Origin: Nitrospirota bacterium | GTDB taxonomy: Bacteria; Nitrospirota; Thermodesulfovibrionia; Thermodesulfovibrionales; UBA9159 | Assembly: GCA_037442785.1 (NCBI GenBank) | Contig: JBBIPQ010000003.1 | Coordinates: 1 to 42,681 of the forward strand | Direction: 5' to 3' | DNA: 42,681 nucleotides | Part shown: positions 1 to 8,295 of the stretch, piece after piece | Numbering within the stretch: position 1 is the first letter of the stretch | Layout of the letters: every line of letters begins with the position of its first letter | Made by a program: the position numbers and the translations under genes | The notes under the pieces: generated by a model | Told to the model about the DNA's origin: nothing | Databases searched by the model: none | The model's input: the letters and a program-made list of their open reading frames with translations, nothing else

Positions 1-109
1 AAAGGCGACACCTTAATGTAAGCTGTTAAATGACCTATTATCACCATAAAATAATCTCAAAAGACATTCATAACCTCATCCTATCTTTAAATAAAATCCC
101 GTCGCTACT

Positions 110-146
110 GGGGTCCCCAAAAAATCTTCGACTTTTTGGGGTGCCC
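110..146 (+). repeat. Palindromic repeat element, copy 1 (intergenic, followed by a T-rich tract)
   Basis: GGGGTCCCCAAAAAATCTTCGACTTTTTGGGGTGCCC. CCCCAAAAA (115-123) pairs with TTTTTGGGG (133-141). It matches the copy at 16213-16249 at 30/37 positions and the reverse complement of 26814-26850 at 30/37. The downstream sequence gctttcttttgtgttttt is T-rich. Confidence 0.8.
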
Positions 147-302
147 GCTTTCTTTTGTGTTTTTGAGGTCTTATGCCCATTTAAATAACCTCTGTCACTT
201 TATTTTGGACAGCAGTGTGTTTTATCTTTTTCGATATGCCGAATCGTCTATTATGAGACTCAGGGAGTTTTTTATTAATGCCTTTCTATTATATAATAAA
301 AT

Positions 303-857
303 GTGAAAATTCTAATGCACATGTGCTGTTCTAACTGCAGTCTCTATCCGCTTAAGAGTCTGTTATCAAAGGGGATAGATGTTAAGGGATTATGGTTTAA
401 TCCCAATATTCATCCTGAGGAAGAGTATTCCCGCAGGCTTGACTCATTACAAAGGCTTGAGAAGCTATGGGGATTGGAGATAGAATTTATAGACCGATTT
501 GGGCAAGATGAGTTTTTAAGAAGGAATAGGAATGATGAATTCAGGTGTATCCGTTGTTACAGTATGAGGCTTGAAGAAACAGCCATCACTGCAAAGAAGA
601 TGGGCCTTGATGGTTTTACAACTACCCTTCTTGTCAGCCCCTATCAGAAGTTTGACCATATCATAAAAATCGGGAGGGAACTGGAAAGAACTTATTCGAT
701 TGATTTTTATGTGGAAGACTTCAGGGTTGGGTACAGGCAGAACATAGGTTTGTCCAAGGAACTCGGACTCTACAGACAGAAGTACTGTGGCTGTATATTT
801 TCCATGAGAGAGAGGGTTCCAAGCTCGATGTCCAGTAATAGAGGCAGTTGCACATGA
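303..857 (+). CDS. queH: Epoxyqueuosine reductase QueH (DUF208 family)
   Basis: 184-aa ORF. The N-terminal MHMCCSNCS and C-terminal YRQKYCGCIFS cysteine motifs and the overall sequence are typical of QueH/DUF208. GTG start; queA lies 1.2 kb downstream. Confidence 0.85.
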   Translation: MKILMHMCCSNCSLYPLKSLLSKGIDVKGLWFNPNIHPEEEYSRRLDSLQRLEKLWGLEIEFIDRFGQDEFLRRNRNDEFRCIRCYSMRLEETAITAKKMGLDGFTTTLLVSPYQKFDHIIKIGRELERTYSIDFYVEDFRVGYRQNIGLSKELGLYRQKYCGCIFSMRERVPSSMSSNRGSCT

Positions 858-1081
858 GGCCAGAGATCATCATAGGGAAGTTCCTGATCCTTCTGGGTAT
901 TGTCATCATCGTGATCGGGGCATTCTCTCTTCTATCCGGAAAGATACCCTATATTGGAAGGTTACCTGGAGACATTATTATTCAGAGAAAGAATTTTACC
1001 CTTTATTTCCCCCTTGCCACGAGTATCCTGCTGAGCATATTGATAACCCTTATCCTGTGGCTTATTGGTAGGTTTAAGTAG
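848..1081 (+). CDS. DUF2905 family small membrane protein
   Basis: 77 aa with two hydrophobic segments flanking GRLPGDIIIQRKNFTLYFPLATSILLS, the characteristic DUF2905 core. Overlaps the queH stop by 10 nt. Confidence 0.75.
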   Translation: MHMRPEIIIGKFLILLGIVIIVIGAFSLLSGKIPYIGRLPGDIIIQRKNFTLYFPLATSILLSILITLILWLIGRFK

Positions 1082-1082
1082 G

Positions 1083-2099
1083 ATGAGGCTGAGGGAAATC
1101 CTTGTTATTATCTTACTTTTCTTGTTTTTCTCTTATTCACCTGTATATCCTGGCACACTAAAGGAAGATTCAAAGTCAACCATCAGGGTGCTTATACAGA
1201 ATGAGGGACTTAATTTAGTTCCTGACAGGAATGAGAAGATAGCTCTGCTCGGAGATGTAAAAGGCGATTTCTTTGGCAGCGGTGTCAGGTACTCGGGTCA
1301 GATTGAGGTCTGGAGAGGAGAAAAAGGTCTCTATGTGGTGAATGAACTCTCCCTTGAGGATTATGTGGAGGGGGTCGTGGCAGCCGAGGTTGGTACAGAC
1401 TGGGAACTTGAGGCGCTTAAGGCACAGGCTGTTATTGCAAGGACTTATGCTGTCTACAAAAAGGAAGCCATGTCAAATCAGGAGACTATCTATCACCTTA
1501 CATCATCGGTGCTTCATCAGGTGTATAATGGCAATAACTCTCAATTTAAGGTAACCCTTGCTGTTCGTGCTACTGAGGGGGAGATATTGACATACAACGG
1601 AAGGCCCATAGAGGCCCTTTATCATTCCACATGTGGTGGAAGGACCGAAGAGCCTGAAGAGGTCTTCGGAAAAAAGATTCCATATATGAGGTCTGTTGAC
1701 TCAAGATGCGATCTATCCCCGTACTGGATCTGGGAGAAGAGGATAGCCCTCTCTGAGATTGAAGAGGCTCTCAAATTTAAAGGAATAAAGGGTCTTGAGA
1801 TAAGGAGCAGAACATCTACAGGTAGGGCAAAGGAGATTGCCATAAAGACAGACAATGGAGAAAGGCTTATAAAGGCAACTGAACTGAGAAAACTCCTGGG
1901 TTGGAATAAACTTCCCAGCACATATTTTGAGGTTAAGGAAGATGGTGACTTTATAGTATTTGAGGGTAGGGGATATGGCCATGGCGTTGGTCTCTGCCAG
2001 TGGAGCGCATTGCAGATGGCAGCCGAGGGTAAGACCTATCGGGAGATACTATCATTCTTTTATCCAGGCACCGAGATAAGGCAATATGAAGGTAGGTGA
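1083..2099 (+). CDS. SpoIID/LytB domain protein (putative peptidoglycan lytic transglycosylase or amidase enhancer)
   Basis: Motifs AQAVIARTYA, YHSTCGGRTE and GHGVGLCQW are typical of the SpoIID family. N-terminal signal-like segment MRLREILVIILLFLFF. I chose the ATG at 1083 rather than the TTG at 1065. Confidence 0.85.
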   Translation: MRLREILVIILLFLFFSYSPVYPGTLKEDSKSTIRVLIQNEGLNLVPDRNEKIALLGDVKGDFFGSGVRYSGQIEVWRGEKGLYVVNELSLEDYVEGVVAAEVGTDWELEALKAQAVIARTYAVYKKEAMSNQETIYHLTSSVLHQVYNGNNSQFKVTLAVRATEGEILTYNGRPIEALYHSTCGGRTEEPEEVFGKKIPYMRSVDSRCDLSPYWIWEKRIALSEIEEALKFKGIKGLEIRSRTSTGRAKEIAIKTDNGERLIKATELRKLLGWNKLPSTYFEVKEDGDFIVFEGRGYGHGVGLCQWSALQMAAEGKTYREILSFFYPGTEIRQYEGR

Positions 2100-3093
2100 T
2101 TTCGACTTCTCCCTGCCAGAATCCCTGATCGCTAAGGAACCTGTTGAACCCCGTGATCACTGTAGACTCCTTGTGATGGACAGGGATGGCAGGATAGAGG
2201 GAAGATTCTTTTTCGATCTCCCCGATTACCTGAGAGAAGGAGACCTCCTTCTTCTAAATAACACAAAGGTATTCCCAGCGAGACTAACAGGTAGGAAGAA
2301 TACTGGTGGAAAGATAGAATTCCTCCTCGTTAGAGAGGTGGCCCCTCTTAAATGGGAGATACTCTGCAGGGACAGGTTTACAGGTCATATTTCCATATCA
2401 GAGGGGTTTTCTGCTCATATAGAAGATGGAAGGATCGCTATCTTTGAATGTGATGGGGATTTTATTGAAAGGTTATGGCAGCACGGAGAGATGCCATTAC
2501 CACCCTATATAAAGAGAAGACCTGACGAGAGGGATAGGGAATGGTATCAGACAGTCTTTGCTGAGACTACAGGTTCAATAGCGGCACCCACAGCGGGTAT
2601 CCATTTTACTCATGAACTCATAGAGAGGATTAAGGCAAAGGGCGTCCTGGTAAGGTTTGTCACCCTTCATGTTGGCATAGGGACTTTCAGACCCGTGAAG
2701 GTAGAGGAGGTTGAGGAGCACCGGATGGAGCCTGAATATTTTGAGATAGGAAGGGATGTTATCAGTGCTATTGAGAAGACAAAGTCTGCTCAAAAAAAGG
2801 TCTTTGCAGTTGGAACAACCACCACAAGGGCGGTTGAGGGCTTTTTCAGTGGTATCCAGGGGAAGGCTCATAATGGTTCTTTTAAGGGGATGACAGACAT
2901 CTTTATCTCTCCAGGATATAGATTCAAGGTCATTGATGGGTTGATAACGAATTTCCATCTTCCAAGATCCACCCCCCTCTTTTTGACGTCTGCCTTATGC
3001 GGAAGGGAAAACCTCATGAATGCCTATAGATTCGCCATATCAAGGGAGTATAGATTTTTTTCTTATGGTGATGCTATGCTTATCCTGAGGTAG
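2086..3093 (+). CDS. queA: S-adenosylmethionine:tRNA ribosyltransferase-isomerase
   Basis: 335 aa with full-length similarity to QueA: FDFSLPESLIAKEP, LPPYIKR, AAPTAGIHFT, AVGTTTTRAVE, NFHLPRST. Confidence 0.95.
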   Translation: MKVGDFDFSLPESLIAKEPVEPRDHCRLLVMDRDGRIEGRFFFDLPDYLREGDLLLLNNTKVFPARLTGRKNTGGKIEFLLVREVAPLKWEILCRDRFTGHISISEGFSAHIEDGRIAIFECDGDFIERLWQHGEMPLPPYIKRRPDERDREWYQTVFAETTGSIAAPTAGIHFTHELIERIKAKGVLVRFVTLHVGIGTFRPVKVEEVEEHRMEPEYFEIGRDVISAIEKTKSAQKKVFAVGTTTTRAVEGFFSGIQGKAHNGSFKGMTDIFISPGYRFKVIDGLITNFHLPRSTPLFLTSALCGRENLMNAYRFAISREYRFFSYGDAMLILR

Positions 3094-3096
3094 AGG

Positions 3097-3693
3097 ATGA
3101 ACAAGGCTATTGCAAATAGATTATATCTGATAATAGTTGTTGTATCCTCAATCACGATAGGCTTTGTTACAGGTTATATCGTTGGTAGTAGAACTGCCCA
3201 ATCAACCAGGACCGCTTCTATTAGCTCGGAGGATAGGAAGATCGAAAGTGCGGTAGTTTCCCATACCCCAGGGGAGCAGAAAATCGAAGGTAAGGAGATG
3301 CTTCAGTATAATCCCGAATCCCAGCCCCAGAGCCCTGATTCTGGAGTCCAGGGTTTACGGCCTGATGAAAAAAAGCATGTTGAAAAGAGAGATGTAAAGA
3401 CAGAGGTTCAGCCATTGAGACCTAAACAGGAGGAATCCGTCAGTGAAATATCTCAAAAGGGAATCTATGCTGTTCAGGCTGGTGCCTTTAAGGATAAAAA
3501 GGAGGCGGATATATTAAAGACAAGACTCGAGAAAAAAGGGTATAATAATATATACATAGCTAAGGAGTCGAAAAAGGGGAGCAGTCTCTATAAGGTCAGG
3601 ATCGGTGATTTCGAGACAAAGAGAGAGGCTGACCTCTTTGCAATAAAGCTCAGCAAAAGCGAAGGGCTTAGCGCCTTTGCAGTGAAAAAGTAA
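3097..3693 (+). CDS. SPOR domain-containing protein (membrane-anchored peptidoglycan binding)
   Basis: N-terminal transmembrane helix, a low-complexity linker, and a C-terminal SPOR-type fold sequence YAVQAGAFKDKKEADILKTRLEKKGY...YKVRIGDFETKREAD. Confidence 0.8.
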   Translation: MNKAIANRLYLIIVVVSSITIGFVTGYIVGSRTAQSTRTASISSEDRKIESAVVSHTPGEQKIEGKEMLQYNPESQPQSPDSGVQGLRPDEKKHVEKRDVKTEVQPLRPKQEESVSEISQKGIYAVQAGAFKDKKEADILKTRLEKKGYNNIYIAKESKKGSSLYKVRIGDFETKREADLFAIKLSKSEGLSAFAVKK

Positions 3694-3713
3694 TTTGAAA
3701 GGATGGGGTTTAA

Positions 3714-4706
3714 GTTACGGTTACGACACAATTAGAACTTGATCAGGAAGGGGAGCTTTCCCTTATATACACCGGACTGAATAAGAACCTGAAGGTCATT
3801 GAGGACTGCCTGAATATCACTATAAGCTCAAGGGGTAATAAGATATTCATTCAGGGTGATGAGCAACAGACCAGCAGGGCGATCAATCTTATCAATGAGA
3901 TAAGATCTCTGAATAGGGAGGGTTTCAGTCTCAGTGCCGAGGATCTGCGTCTTGCTATCCAATCTGCCACACCTGATACGGAGCTATCCTTAAGGGAGTT
4001 GTTTGCGAATAATATATCGGTCGCATCAAAGAAGAGGTTCATTGTACCAAAGACAGAGGTTCAGAGACAGTACATTGAGGCTATAAAGACTAATGACATT
4101 GTTATAGGTATAGGGCCAGCTGGAACTGGCAAGACATATCTTGCCATGGCCATGGCTATTAATGCCCTCTTGAAGAGGGAAGTTAGCAGGATCGTACTGG
4201 CAAGACCCGCTGTCGAGGCCGGTGAGAAACTTGGTTTTCTACCTGGAGATATGTATGAGAAGGTGAATCCATACTTGAGGCCCCTTTATGATGCCCTGTT
4301 CGATATGATGGATGCTGAAAAGGCAGGGAAATTGATAGAAAAGGGAATAATAGAGATAGCACCCCTTGCCTTTATGAGGGGCAGGACCCTCAATGATTCC
4401 TTCATCATCCTCGATGAGGCACAGAATACCACATCAGAGCAGATGAAGATGTATCTTACCCGACTGGGTTTTAATTCAAAGACGGTTATAACAGGAGACA
4501 CGACGCAGATAGATCTTCCCCACGGAAAGGTATCTGGCCTTGTGGAGATAGAGAATATCCTTAAGGGTATCGAGGGGATAAGGTTCATATACTTCACTGA
4601 AAGGGATGTAGTGAGGCACAGGCTCGTTCAGGAGATCGTGAAGGCCTATGAAAGATACGAAAAACGGGGAAGCGAAGCCCAGCAGGGCAATCCCTCAAAA
4701 GAATAA
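3714..4706 (+). CDS. phoH: PhoH-like ATPase (PhoH/YbeZ family); 5' end unresolved
   Basis: Walker A GIGPAGTGKTYLAMAMA and DEAQN are present. The frame is open from 3714 and encodes a PhoH-type N-terminal domain (LKVIEDCLNITISSRGNKIFIQGDE...), but there is no ATG/GTG/TTG in frame before the TTG at 3999. Confidence 0.85.
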   Translation, partial: VTVTTQLELDQEGELSLIYTGLNKNLKVIEDCLNITISSRGNKIFIQGDEQQTSRAINLINEIRSLNREGFSLSAEDLRLAIQSATPDTELSLRELFANNISVASKKRFIVPKTEVQRQYIEAIKTNDIVIGIGPAGTGKTYLAMAMAINALLKREVSRIVLARPAVEAGEKLGFLPGDMYEKVNPYLRPLYDALFDMMDAEKAGKLIEKGIIEIAPLAFMRGRTLNDSFIILDEAQNTTSEQMKMYLTRLGFNSKTVITGDTTQIDLPHGKVSGLVEIENILKGIEGIRFIYFTERDVVRHRLVQEIVKAYERYEKRGSEAQQGNPSKE

Positions 4707-6210
4707 GACATCAGAGGAGATAGAGGAGAAGGGGATTAAAAGGTATAGCCTTTTAGTAATCTTTGGTCTCCTTACAGCTATATCAATCCAGACCAGCATT
4801 ACCTTTGGCACGATCCTTGGCGGGTTTCTTGTTTCCTCTGTCCTCCTGTCTATCCTTTACAGGGACATACTCAGATATAAGCCCCAGTACATGAAGAAAT
4901 ACAATATGCTTGTGCTTTTAGGGGTGATGATTGTTGGCACAATGACCCTTGGAAGGTTCTTCCATTATATCCTTGAGAATCTGATCCGTGGGTTCGGTCC
5001 TTTACCTGTGGAAAGTGCCATATTCGGGATCCCTATCCCGGCAGGTGCAATGTTGGTGACGCTCCTCTTTGATTTCCATACATCCATATTCTTCTCATTT
5101 ACTATAAGCCTTCTTTCTGGTCTGTGGCTACAGGATGCCCTGTTCCCCATATATATATTTGTAGGAAGTCTTGTGGCGTCCTTCAGTGTAATAAGGTGCA
5201 AGAAGAGGTCTGATCTACTTAAGGGAGGCCTGTATGTTGGTATTGCCAATGTAATAACCTCAGCAATTCTTCTCCTCTTTAAAGGCGAGCTATTAACTGT
5301 TAAGGCTGGATTGGCTCTAATATTTGCTGCCTCCTCAGTGCTAACAGTCTCTGCTATTGTCTCGATAATCTTGCCTCTCCTTGAGTATTCATTCAATGTA
5401 ACTACAGACATAAGCCTTCTTGAGCTACTGGATCTGAATCATCCACTTATGAAGTCCTTAATGATCAATGCCCCTGGTACATATCATCATAGTGTTATAG
5501 TTGGCACCCTTGTTGAATCTGCAGCAGAGGCGATCGGAGTAAATCCCCTCCTTGCTAGGGTAAGTGCCTATTATCATGACATCGGGAAGATCAGGATGCC
5601 TGAATACTTTGTGGAGAATCAGACAACTGCTGTCAGCAAACACGAAAGGTTGACACCCCATATGAGCAGTATGATAATTGTGTCGCACGTGAAAGAGGGC
5701 ATTGAACTGGCCAGGCAGTATAAGCTACCCCAGCCTGTGATCGATATAATTCAGCAACATCACGGTACAAGCCTGATAACCTATTTTTTCCAGAAGGCTA
5801 AGGAGCTTGATATTGATCACATGCCACCCGAGGATGAATACAAGTATCACGGGCCAAAACCTCAAACAAGGGTTGCTGCCCTTGTGATGATGGCTGATGC
5901 TGTTGAGGCTGCCTCAAGGGTACTTACAGATCCAACCCCAGCAAGGGTTTCCGCCCTTGTGGAAAGGATAATAAACCGTATATTCCTTGAGGGACAGCTC
6001 GATGAATGTGAGTTGACACTGAAGGATATCTTTGAGATAAAGAGACATTTCTCCTATTTGCTCACAGGCATCCTCCACAAAAGGATAGATTATCCAGGTT
6101 TCGATTTTAGCAAGGAATCCACAAAGGGTCATGAAGGTATTGATAAGGAACAACACAGGACTTCGGGGCTATCAGAGGAGATTAAAAAGGGATTGCCTGT
6201 TTCTTCTTAA
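4648..6210 (+). CDS. 7TM-receptor/HD (HDIG) domain phosphohydrolase, PgpH/YqfF-like
   Basis: Multi-pass membrane region followed by an HD domain (HHSVIVG, YYHDIGK, QQHHGT). Its position between phoH and ybeY matches the conserved phoH-yqfF-ybeY-dgkA arrangement. Confidence 0.85.
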   Translation: MKDTKNGEAKPSRAIPQKNKTSEEIEEKGIKRYSLLVIFGLLTAISIQTSITFGTILGGFLVSSVLLSILYRDILRYKPQYMKKYNMLVLLGVMIVGTMTLGRFFHYILENLIRGFGPLPVESAIFGIPIPAGAMLVTLLFDFHTSIFFSFTISLLSGLWLQDALFPIYIFVGSLVASFSVIRCKKRSDLLKGGLYVGIANVITSAILLLFKGELLTVKAGLALIFAASSVLTVSAIVSIILPLLEYSFNVTTDISLLELLDLNHPLMKSLMINAPGTYHHSVIVGTLVESAAEAIGVNPLLARVSAYYHDIGKIRMPEYFVENQTTAVSKHERLTPHMSSMIIVSHVKEGIELARQYKLPQPVIDIIQQHHGTSLITYFFQKAKELDIDHMPPEDEYKYHGPKPQTRVAALVMMADAVEAASRVLTDPTPARVSALVERIINRIFLEGQLDECELTLKDIFEIKRHFSYLLTGILHKRIDYPGFDFSKESTKGHEGIDKEQHRTSGLSEEIKKGLPVSS

Positions 6211-6595
6211 ATCCTTTAACCTCTCAAATGCTGAGTTAAGCATACTCCTTGTGAAGGACGGAGAGATGGAGAGGCTTAACAGCACCTTTCGGGGCAAGAG
6301 AAAGACAACGGATGTCCTCTCTTTTCCCATTTACAATTCGTTCAGGGACATCCCTGTTGGTGGAGGACAGCCAAGGATACCCTTTCTACCGATAGGTGAT
6401 ATTGTAATAAATATTGATGCAGCTATTAGACAGGCGGCCGAATACGGGGTTGATAATTATGAAGAGATCAGGAGGCTCCTTATACATGGCTTTTTACACC
6501 TCCTTGGTTATGATCATGAACATAACAGGTATCAGGCAATCAAGATGAAGAGAAAGGAAAAGGAACTCCAGGATGCCCTTAAAGAGATGGATTAA
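6131..6595 (+). CDS. ybeY: rRNA maturation endoribonuclease YbeY
   Basis: 154 aa with the zinc motif HGFLHLLGYDH and TDVLSFP. Overlaps the upstream gene by 80 nt. Confidence 0.9.
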   Translation: MKVLIRNNTGLRGYQRRLKRDCLFLLKSFNLSNAELSILLVKDGEMERLNSTFRGKRKTTDVLSFPIYNSFRDIPVGGGQPRIPFLPIGDIVINIDAAIRQAAEYGVDNYEEIRRLLIHGFLHLLGYDHEHNRYQAIKMKRKEKELQDALKEMD

Positions 6596-7271
6596 GAGCA
6601 CCAATTATGCGATTGAGGGGATACTCCACAGCGCGAAGACAGAGAGACATCTCCGCTACCATCTTTACGCAGCAGCCTCTGTTCTGATTATAAGCTATGT
6701 TATTGGAATATCCAGACAGGACTTTCTTATAATCTCCATCGTTACCATAATGGTCATCCTTGCAGAACTCCTCAATACAGCTATCGAGGCTGTTACTGAC
6801 CTTCTTTCCCCTGAAAGAACTGAAAAGGCAAGGATTGCGAAGGATGTTGCAGCTGGCGCTGTCCTTATAACAGCCCTTGGTGCCGCAATTGTGGGCTACA
6901 TCATATTGATGCCCTATTTCAAGAGGTGGTTCCATGAGGGGTTTTATATTGCAAGGCACTCAGAAGAGGAGGTATCAATAATAGCCCTTGTCCTTGTCCT
7001 GATCCTTGTGGTTATAACAAAGGCATATATGGGAAAGGGGACTCCTTTGAGGGGTGGTTTGCCGAGCGGCCATGCTGCCCTGGCCTTTTCAATCTGGGTG
7101 ATCGTTACATTTACAACAGGTAGTTTTATGGCGTCTATTCTGTGTTTTGTCCTTGCCTCTGCAGTTGCAGCAAGCAGGGTTGTCCAGAAGATCCATACGA
7201 CCTGGGAGGTGATCCTTGGCGGACTTATGGGATCTATAGTCACCTACCTCCTCTTCAGGATCTTTATTTAG
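6573..7271 (+). CDS. dgkA: Fusion protein: DgkA-type lipid kinase (N-terminal) plus PAP2-type phosphatase (C-terminal)
   Basis: Residues ~1-115 look like prokaryotic DAGK/undecaprenol kinase (NYAIEGI, AELLNTAIEAVTD, KDVAAGAVL). Residues ~140-232 carry PAP2-like motifs: PSGHA and SRVVQKIHTTWE (SR-x5-H-x3-E). Confidence 0.75.
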   Translation: MPLKRWIKSTNYAIEGILHSAKTERHLRYHLYAAASVLIISYVIGISRQDFLIISIVTIMVILAELLNTAIEAVTDLLSPERTEKARIAKDVAAGAVLITALGAAIVGYIILMPYFKRWFHEGFYIARHSEEEVSIIALVLVLILVVITKAYMGKGTPLRGGLPSGHAALAFSIWVIVTFTTGSFMASILCFVLASAVAASRVVQKIHTTWEVILGGLMGSIVTYLLFRIFI

Positions 7272-7272
7272 T

Positions 7273-8295
7273 CTATTCCGAAATGGCTACAGGAATGCCT
7301 TTTTTTTCGGTAATTGCCTGATAGAGTTTTTCAGAATTAACAAGGCCTATTATCCTTTTTTTTCTGAGTAAGCGAATAGCCTCGTTTAGATATTCATCAT
7401 TGGTTTTAAAGATGTCCGTGTCCCGATGGACCTCTATATACACCCTTCCATTATCAAGCCCTACCTTAACAGGTTGTCTCACAATAGTTACTTGTGTGCC
7501 TACAGGCACCATTTCAAACAATTCAGGTATATCCTCGGGATATAGCCTTAAACAGCCGTGAGTTACCTTTCTTCCAACTGCCCATGGCCTGTTGGTGCCA
7601 TGGATAAGGTAACTGCCAAGGGATAGCCTCAGGGCATGGCTTCCAAGAGGGTTGTCAGGCCCCGGAGGGACGACCTTTGGTAACTCTGGTCTCTCTTTTC
7701 TTATAGACTCAGGGACATGCCACGATGGATTCTTTATCTTCTCAATGATCCTGAACCTTCCAGTTGGTGTTTCATATCCATCATCACCTATGCCGATAGG
7801 ATAGGTCCTTACATAATACTGGATACCAGGTCTTTTTGGCTTACGGGAATCTTCTTTCCAGGTCTTTTTATAAAAATAATAAAGCCTCATCTCTGATATG
7901 TTGATCACTATGCCTTCACGATCTGAATCTGGAAGTATCCAGGAGGAGGGGATGAGCACAGATGAACCATTCTTTGGCACAAAAGGGTCAAGTCCAGGAT
8001 TTGCATCCACTATCTCATTGTAACCGAGTTTAAACATCCTTGCTATCTCGATCAGGGATTCGTTATCCTTAACCCTGTATTCCCTTGTAACACCTATGAC
8101 AGAGGATTCTTTGCCTATAAGAAATAGGGTATTACTATGAGGAGAAGCCCAGATTAGGGCAGCAGAGCAGTAGAACAGAAGGCACAATAGTGCGACCGTT
8201 TGATAACTTCGCGCGGTCGCACGAAGTTTTACTGTCGCACTGTCGCACTGTCGCACTATTGCACTATGCTCTACTGCTCTACATTCTAATACCAC
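7273..8295 (-). CDS. L,D-transpeptidase (YkuD domain) with LysM-like domain
   Basis: Catalytic motif HGTNRPWAVGRKVTHGCLRL and a LysM-like segment YRVKDNESLIEIARMFKLGYNEIVDANP. The start is uncertain: GTG at 8295 or an in-frame GTG at 8256. The 5' end lies within a repeat array. Confidence 0.85.
   Translation of the reverse strand: MVLECRAVEHSAIVRQCDSATVKLRATARSYQTVALLCLLFYCSAALIWASPHSNTLFLIGKESSVIGVTREYRVKDNESLIEIARMFKLGYNEIVDANPGLDPFVPKNGSSVLIPSSWILPDSDREGIVINISEMRLYYFYKKTWKEDSRKPKRPGIQYYVRTYPIGIGDDGYETPTGRFRIIEKIKNPSWHVPESIRKERPELPKVVPPGPDNPLGSHALRLSLGSYLIHGTNRPWAVGRKVTHGCLRLYPEDIPELFEMVPVGTQVTIVRQPVKVGLDNGRVYIEVHRDTDIFKTNDEYLNEAIRLLRKKRIIGLVNSEKLYQAITEKKGIPVAISE
8162..8283. repeat. Composite repeat: octamer array (8231-8281), 9-bp hairpin (8190-8198/8214-8222) and ~35-nt imperfect inverted arms
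   Basis: Read on the minus strand, the array is TAGAGCAG TAGAGCAT AGTGCAAT AGTGCGAC AGTGCGAC AGTGCGAC. GTGCGACCG pairs perfectly with CGGTCGCAC. The left arm (8162-8196) aligns to the reverse complement of 8250-8282 at roughly 28 of 35 positions. Confidence 0.8.

Noticed and set aside
101-160. Possible preQ1 riboswitch upstream of queH (a hairpin followed by an A-rich stretch)
   Set aside because: The hairpin is a copy of the palindromic repeat that also occurs at three unrelated places. It lacks the preQ1-I loop and ACUA-type tail consensus and lies ~150 nt from the start codon.
8231-8281. Could the octamer arrays be a CRISPR or mini-CRISPR?
   Set aside because: The units are 8 nt with no spacers, arranged in direct tandem. 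There are no cas genes and the repeat-spacer periodicity is wrong.
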